Positions 60,001 to 64,000 of a stretch of 64,000 nucleotides of DNA are shown piece by piece (position 1 is the first letter of the stretch; every line of letters begins with the position of its first letter). The notes under the pieces are model-generated. The model was not told the origin of the DNA. It saw only the letters and a list, made by a program, of their open reading frames with translations, and ran no database searches. The DNA is taken from the NCBI GenBank assembly GCA_964016885.1, contig OZ024754.1, forward strand, positions 25,916,001 to 25,980,000, read 5' to 3'. The translations under genes and the position numbers were made by a program. Origin of the DNA: Eledone cirrhosa. Lineage: Eukaryota.

Positions 60001-62200
60001 TTTCTTCTCAGACAACCTTCTACTGTCCAGCTCTCCTGAGAGTTTCTTCTCAGACAACCTGCTACTGTCCAGCTCTCCTGAAAGTTTCTTCTCAGACAAC
60101 CTTCTGCTGTCCAGCTCTCCTGAGAGTTTCTTCTCAGACAACCTGCTGCTGTCCACCTCTCCTGAGAGTTTCTTCTCAGACAACCTACTGCTGTCCACCT
60201 CTCCTGGGAGTTTCTTCTCAGACAACCTTCTGCTGTCCAGCTCTCGCTGAGAGTTTCTTCTCAGACGACTTTCTGCTGTCCACCTCTGCCTGAGATTTTC
60301 TTCTCAGACAACCTGTGGCTGTCCAACTCTCCTCAGAGTTTCTTCTCAGACGAGCTTCTGCTGTCCAGCTCTCCCTGAGAGTTTCTTCTCAGACGACCTC
60401 CTGCTGTCCAGCTCTCCTGAGAGTTTCTTCTCAGACGACCTGCTGCTGTCCAGCTCTCCCTGAGAGTTTCTTCTCAGACAACCTGTTGCTGTCCAGCTCT
60501 CCTGAGAGTTTCTTCTCAGACAACCTGCTGCTGTCCACCTCTCCCTGAGAGTTTCTTCTCAGACAACCCTCTGCTGTCCAGCGCTCCTGAGAGTTTCTTC
60601 TCAGACGACCTTCTGCTGTCCAGCTCTCCCTGAGAGTTTCTTCTCAGACGACCTTCTGCTGTCCAGCACTGCCTCAGAGTTTCTGCTGAGACAAACTTCT
60701 GCTGTCCACCTCTCCTGAGAGTTTCTTCTCAAACAACCTGTTGCTGTCCACCTCTCCCTGAGAGTTTCTTCTCAGACAACCTGCTGCTTTCCACCTCTCC
60801 TGAGAGTTTCTTCTCAGACAACCTTCTGCTGTCCAGCTCTCCTGAGAGTTTCTCCTCAGACGACCATCTGCTGTCCACCTCTCCTGAGAGTTTCTTCTTA
60901 GACAACCTTCTGCTGTCCACCTGTCATGAGAGTTTCTTCTCAGACGACCTTCTGCTGTCCAGCTCTCCCTGAGAGTTTCTTCTCAGACGACCTGCTGCTG
61001 TCCAGCTCTCCCTCGGAGTTTCTTCTCAGACAACCTTCTGCTGTCCTGCTCTCCTGGGAGTTTCTTCTCAGACGACCTTCTGCTGTCCACCTCTCCTGAA
61101 AGTTTCTTCACAGATAACCTTCTGCTGTCCACCTCTCCTGAGAGTTTCTTCTCAGACAACCTGTGGCTGTCCACCTCTCCTGAGAGTTTCTTCTCAGACA
61201 GCCTTCTGCTGTCCACCTCTCCTCAAAGTTTCTTCACAGATAACCTTCTGCTGTCCACCTCTCTTGAGAGTTTCTTCTCAGACAACCTGTGGCTGTCCAC
61301 CTCTCCTGAGAGTTTCTTCTCAGACAACCTTCTGCTGTCCAGCTCTCCCTGAGATTTTCTTCTCAGACAACCTTCTGCTGTCCAGCTCTCCTGAGAGTTT
61401 CTTCTCAGACAACCTGCTGCTGTCCACCTCTCCTGAGAGTTTCTTCTCAGACAACCTGCTGCTGTCCACCTCTCCTGAGAGTTTCTTCTCAGACAACCTG
61501 CTGTTGTCCACCTCTCCTGAGAGTTTCTTCTCAGACAACCTGCTGCTGTCCACCTCTCCTGAGAGTTTCTTCTCAGACAACCTTCTGCTGTCCACCTCTC
61601 CTGCGAGGTTCTTCTCAGATAACCTTCTGCTGTCCAGCTCTCCTGAGAGTTTCTTCTCAGACAACCTTCTGCTGTCCAGCTCTCCTGAGAGTTTCTTCTC
61701 AGACAACCTACTACTGTCCAGCTCTCCTGAAAGTTTCTTCTCAGACAACCTTCTGCTGTCCAGCTCTCCCTGAGAGTTTCTTCTCAGACGACCATCTGCT
61801 GTCCACCTCTCTTGAGAGTTTCTTCTCATACAACCTTCTGCTGTCCACCTCTCCTGAGAGTTTCTTCTCAGTCGACCTTCTGCTGTCCAGCTCTCCTGAG
61901 AGTTTCTTCTCAGACAGCCTGTGGCTGTCCAACTCTCCTCAGAGTTTCTTCTCTGCGGACATTCTGCTGTCCAGCTCTCCCTGAGAGTTTCTTCTCAGAC
62001 GACCTTCTGCTGTCCAGCTCTCCCTGAGAGTTTCTTCTCAGACGACCTGCTGCTGTCTAGCTCTCTCTGAGAGTTTCTTCTCAGACGACCTCCTGCTCTC
62101 CAGCTCTCCTGAGAGTTTCTTCTCAGACGACCTGCTACTGTCCAGCTCTCGCTGAGAGTTTCTTCTCAGATAACCTGTTGCTGTCCAGCTCTCCTGAGAG
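39000..62200 (+). repeat. Domain D sub-family with nested higher-order repeats (1658/1999, 7218, ~13,800, 3384, 1057 bp)
   Basis: The GTCGAC (SalI) variant lies at 40888, 43427, 45085, 47042, 50645, 52303, 54682 and 61871. ORF offsets are 1658 (43297/44955, 51409/53067), 7218 (44191/51409), 13879 (40971/54850, 41772/55651), 3384 (54255/57639) and 1057 (58908/59965). Confidence 0.85.
55470..56310 (+). repeat. 420-bp (10-monomer) direct tandem duplication
   Basis: Variants TTTCTTTTCAGAC (~55477/55897), CACTTCTCCTGAGATTTC (55630/56050) and TTTCTCCTCAGACAACCTAC (~55855/56275) are all at offset 420. Confidence 0.92.
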
Positions 62201-64000
62201 TTTCTTCTCAGACAACCTGCTGCTGTCCAGCTCTCACTGAGAGTTTCTTCTCAGACATCCTTCTGCTGTCCAGCTCTCCTGAGAGATTCTTCTCAGACGA
62301 CTTTCTGCTGTCCACCTCTCCCTGAGAGTTTCTTCTCAGACGACCTTCTGCTGTCCAGCTCTCCCTGAGAGTTTCTACTTAGACAACCTTCTGTTGTCCA
62401 GCTCTCACTGAGAGTTTCTTCTCAGACAACCTTCTGCTGTCCAGCTCTCCCTGAGAGTTTCTTCTCAGACGACCTTCTGCTGTCCAACTCTCCCTGAGAG
62501 TTTCTTCTCAGACCACCTGCTGCTGTCCAGCTCTCCTGAGAGTTTCTTCTCAGACGACCTGCTGCTGTCCAGCTCTCCCTGAGAGTTTCTTCTCAGATAA
62601 CCTGTTGCTGTCCAGCTCTCCTGAGAGTTTCTTCTCAGACAACCTGCTGCTGTCCACCTCTCCCTTAAAGTTTCTTCTCAGACAACCTGTGACTGTCCAA
62701 CTCTTCTCAGAGATTCTTCTCTTAGGACCTTCTGCTGTCCACCTCTCCCTGAAAGTTTCTTCTCAGACGACCTTGTGCTGTCCAGCTCTCCCTGAGAGTT
62801 TCTTCTCAGACGACCTTCTGCTGTCCAGCACTGCCTGAGAGTTTCTGCTGAGCCAAACTTCTACTGTCCAGCTCTCCTGAGAGTTTCTTCTCAGACGACC
62901 TTCTACTGTCCAGCTCTCCCTGAGAGTTTCTTCTCAGACGACCTTCTGCTGTCCACCTCTCCCTGAGAGTTTCTTCTCAGACAACCTTCTGCTGTCCAGC
63001 TCTCCTGAGAGTTTCTTCTCAGAGGACCTTCTACTGTCCAGCTCTCCCTGAGAGTTTCTTCTCAGACGACCTTCTGCTGTCCACCTCTCCCTGAGAGTTT
63101 CTTCTCAGACAACCTTCTGCTGTCCAGCTCTCCTGAGAGTTTCTTCTCAGACGACTTTCTGCTGTCCACCTCTCCCTGAGAGTTTCTTCTCAGACAACCT
63201 GTGGCTCTCCAACTCTCCTCAGAGTTTCTTCTCTGAGGACCTTCTGCTGTCCAGCTCTCCCTGAGAGTTTCTTCTCAGACGACCTTCTGCTGTCCAGTTC
63301 TCCCTGAGAGTTTCTTCTCAGACGACCTGCTGCTGTCCATCTCTCTCTGAGAGTTTCTTCTCAGATAACCTGTTGCTGTCCAGCTCTCCTGAGAGTTTCT
63401 TCTCAGACAACCTGCTGCTGTCCACCTCTCCCTGAGAGTTTCTTCTCAGACAACCTTCTGCTGTCCAGCTCTCCTGAGAGTTTCTTCTCAGAGGAACTTC
63501 TGTTGTGCACCTCTCCCTGAGAGTTTCTTCTCAGACAACCTGTGACTGTCCAACTCTCTCTGAGAGTTTCTTCTCAGATAACCTGTTGCTGTCCAGCTCT
63601 CCTGAGAGTTTCTTCTCAGACAACCTGCTGCTGTCCACCTCTCCCTGAGAGTTTCTTCTCAGACAACCTTCTGCTGTCCAGCTCTCCTGAGAGTTTCTTC
63701 TCAGAGGACCTTCTGCTGTCCAGTTCTCCCTGAGAGTTTCTTCTCAGACGACCTGCTGCTGTCCATCTCTCTCTGAGAGTTTCTTCTCAGATAACCTGTT
63801 GCTGTCCAGCTCTCCTGAGAGTTTCTTCTCAGACAACCTGCTGCTGTCCACCTCTCCCTGAGAGTTTCTTCTCAGACGATCTTCTGCTGTCCAGCTCTCC
63901 CTGAGAGTTTCTTCTCAGACGACCTTCTGCTGTCCAGTTCTCCATGAGAATTTCTTCTCAGACGACCTTCTGCTGTCCAGCACTGCCTGAGAGTTTCTGC
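62200..64000 (+). repeat. B-like sub-family tail
   Basis: B-type variants return: GACCACCTGC (62511), GAGGAACTTCTGTTGTGCAC (63491, as at 29760), and CAGTTCTCCATGAGAATTT...CAGCACTGCCTGAGAGTTTCTGC (63935-64000). Confidence 0.7.

Larger units (their letters stand above)
1..64000 (+). repeat. Tandem satellite DNA array, 42/43-bp monomer, ~1,500 copies, single orientation, extending beyond both window edges
   Basis: Consensus CTGAGAGTTTCTTCTCAGAC(A/G)ACCT(T/G)CTGCTGTCCA(G/C)CTCTC(C) recurs continuously from first to last base with no unique sequence seen. The 42-mer composition is 14 C, 14 T, 7 G, 7 A. All ORFs translate as the same 14-aa periods (PESFFSDNLLLSSS, LRVSSQTTFCCPAL, SEKKLSGELDSRRL, RRNSQESWTAEGCL). 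Confidence 0.99.

Noticed and set aside
239-63733. More than 150 ORFs encoding 14-aa repeat peptides (SEKKLSGEVDSRRL, PESFFSDNLLLSSS, LRVSSQTTFCCPAL), including the 286-aa and 324-aa ORFs
   Set aside because: They follow from a monomer length divisible by 3 with four stop-free frames. They overlap on both strands, mostly begin at alternative start codons, switch frame at 41/43-mers, and have no unique N- or C-terminal domain. Abundant frameshifting 43-mers argue against coding selection.
1-64000. CRISPR-like array (palindromic repeat CTGAGA-N6-TCTCAG at regular spacing)
   Set aside because: The sequence between palindromes is itself a conserved repeat, not unique spacers. No leader or cas genes are present.
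1-64000. Homology to primate alpha satellite (reverse strand GACAGCAGAAGG..TCTGAGAAGAAACT loosely recalls an alphoid segment) or a CENP-B box
   Set aside because: The resemblance is short, gapped and from memory only. The monomer is 42/43 bp rather than 171 bp, and I saw no NTTCGNNNNANNCGGGN motif.
1-64000. Arrayed STAT (TTCNNNGAA) or heat-shock (nGAAn) elements
   Set aside because: The consensus TTCTCAGAC misses the STAT site by one base. GAAnnTTC appears only in the rare GAGAATGTTC variant and lacks a properly spaced third unit.
1-64000. Intrinsic terminators, REP or integron attC-type elements suggested by the hairpins
   Set aside because: There are no genes or cassettes between repeats, the stems are short, and there is no poly-T tail. 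The context is pure satellite.
1-64000. Embedded transposon, inversion, telomeric repeat or G-quadruplex tract
   Set aside because: No non-satellite sequence or strand switch was seen on reading through. There is no TTAGGG-type array, and G-runs on the minus strand are mostly one GG/GGG pair per monomer, too sparse for canonical G4.

Overview
The whole 64-kb window is one uninterrupted, head-to-tail tandem satellite array of roughly 1,500 monomers, all in the same orientation. The consensus monomer is CTGAGAGTTTCTTCTCAGAC(A/G)ACCT(T/G)CTGCTGTCCA(G/C)CTCTC(C), 42 or 43 bp, about 50% GC, with a + strand that is two-thirds pyrimidine. I see no gene, RNA gene, transposon, unique spacer or inversion. 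Every listed ORF is a translation of the monomer, which leaves 4 of 6 frames open; 43-mers shift the frame. Diagnostic variants split the array into sub-family domains: A ~1-7.9 kb, B ~7.9-30.4 kb, C ~30.4-39 kb, D ~39-62.2 kb, and a B-like tail. These carry nested, irregular higher-order repeats (about 341, 420, 1057, 1658, 2299, 3379, 3384, 3710, 3790, 5968-6011, 7218 and ~13,800 bp). The most unusual features are in the monomer itself. It is tiled by three overlapping dyad symmetries, the 42/43 length polymorphism sits in a hairpin loop, and several recurrent multi-base variants perfect or compensate the palindromes. The architecture resembles a eukaryotic (peri)centromeric or heterochromatic satellite, but I cannot assign species, family name or function from the sequence alone. 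Offsets were read by eye from marker variants and the ORF track, so boundaries are approximate.
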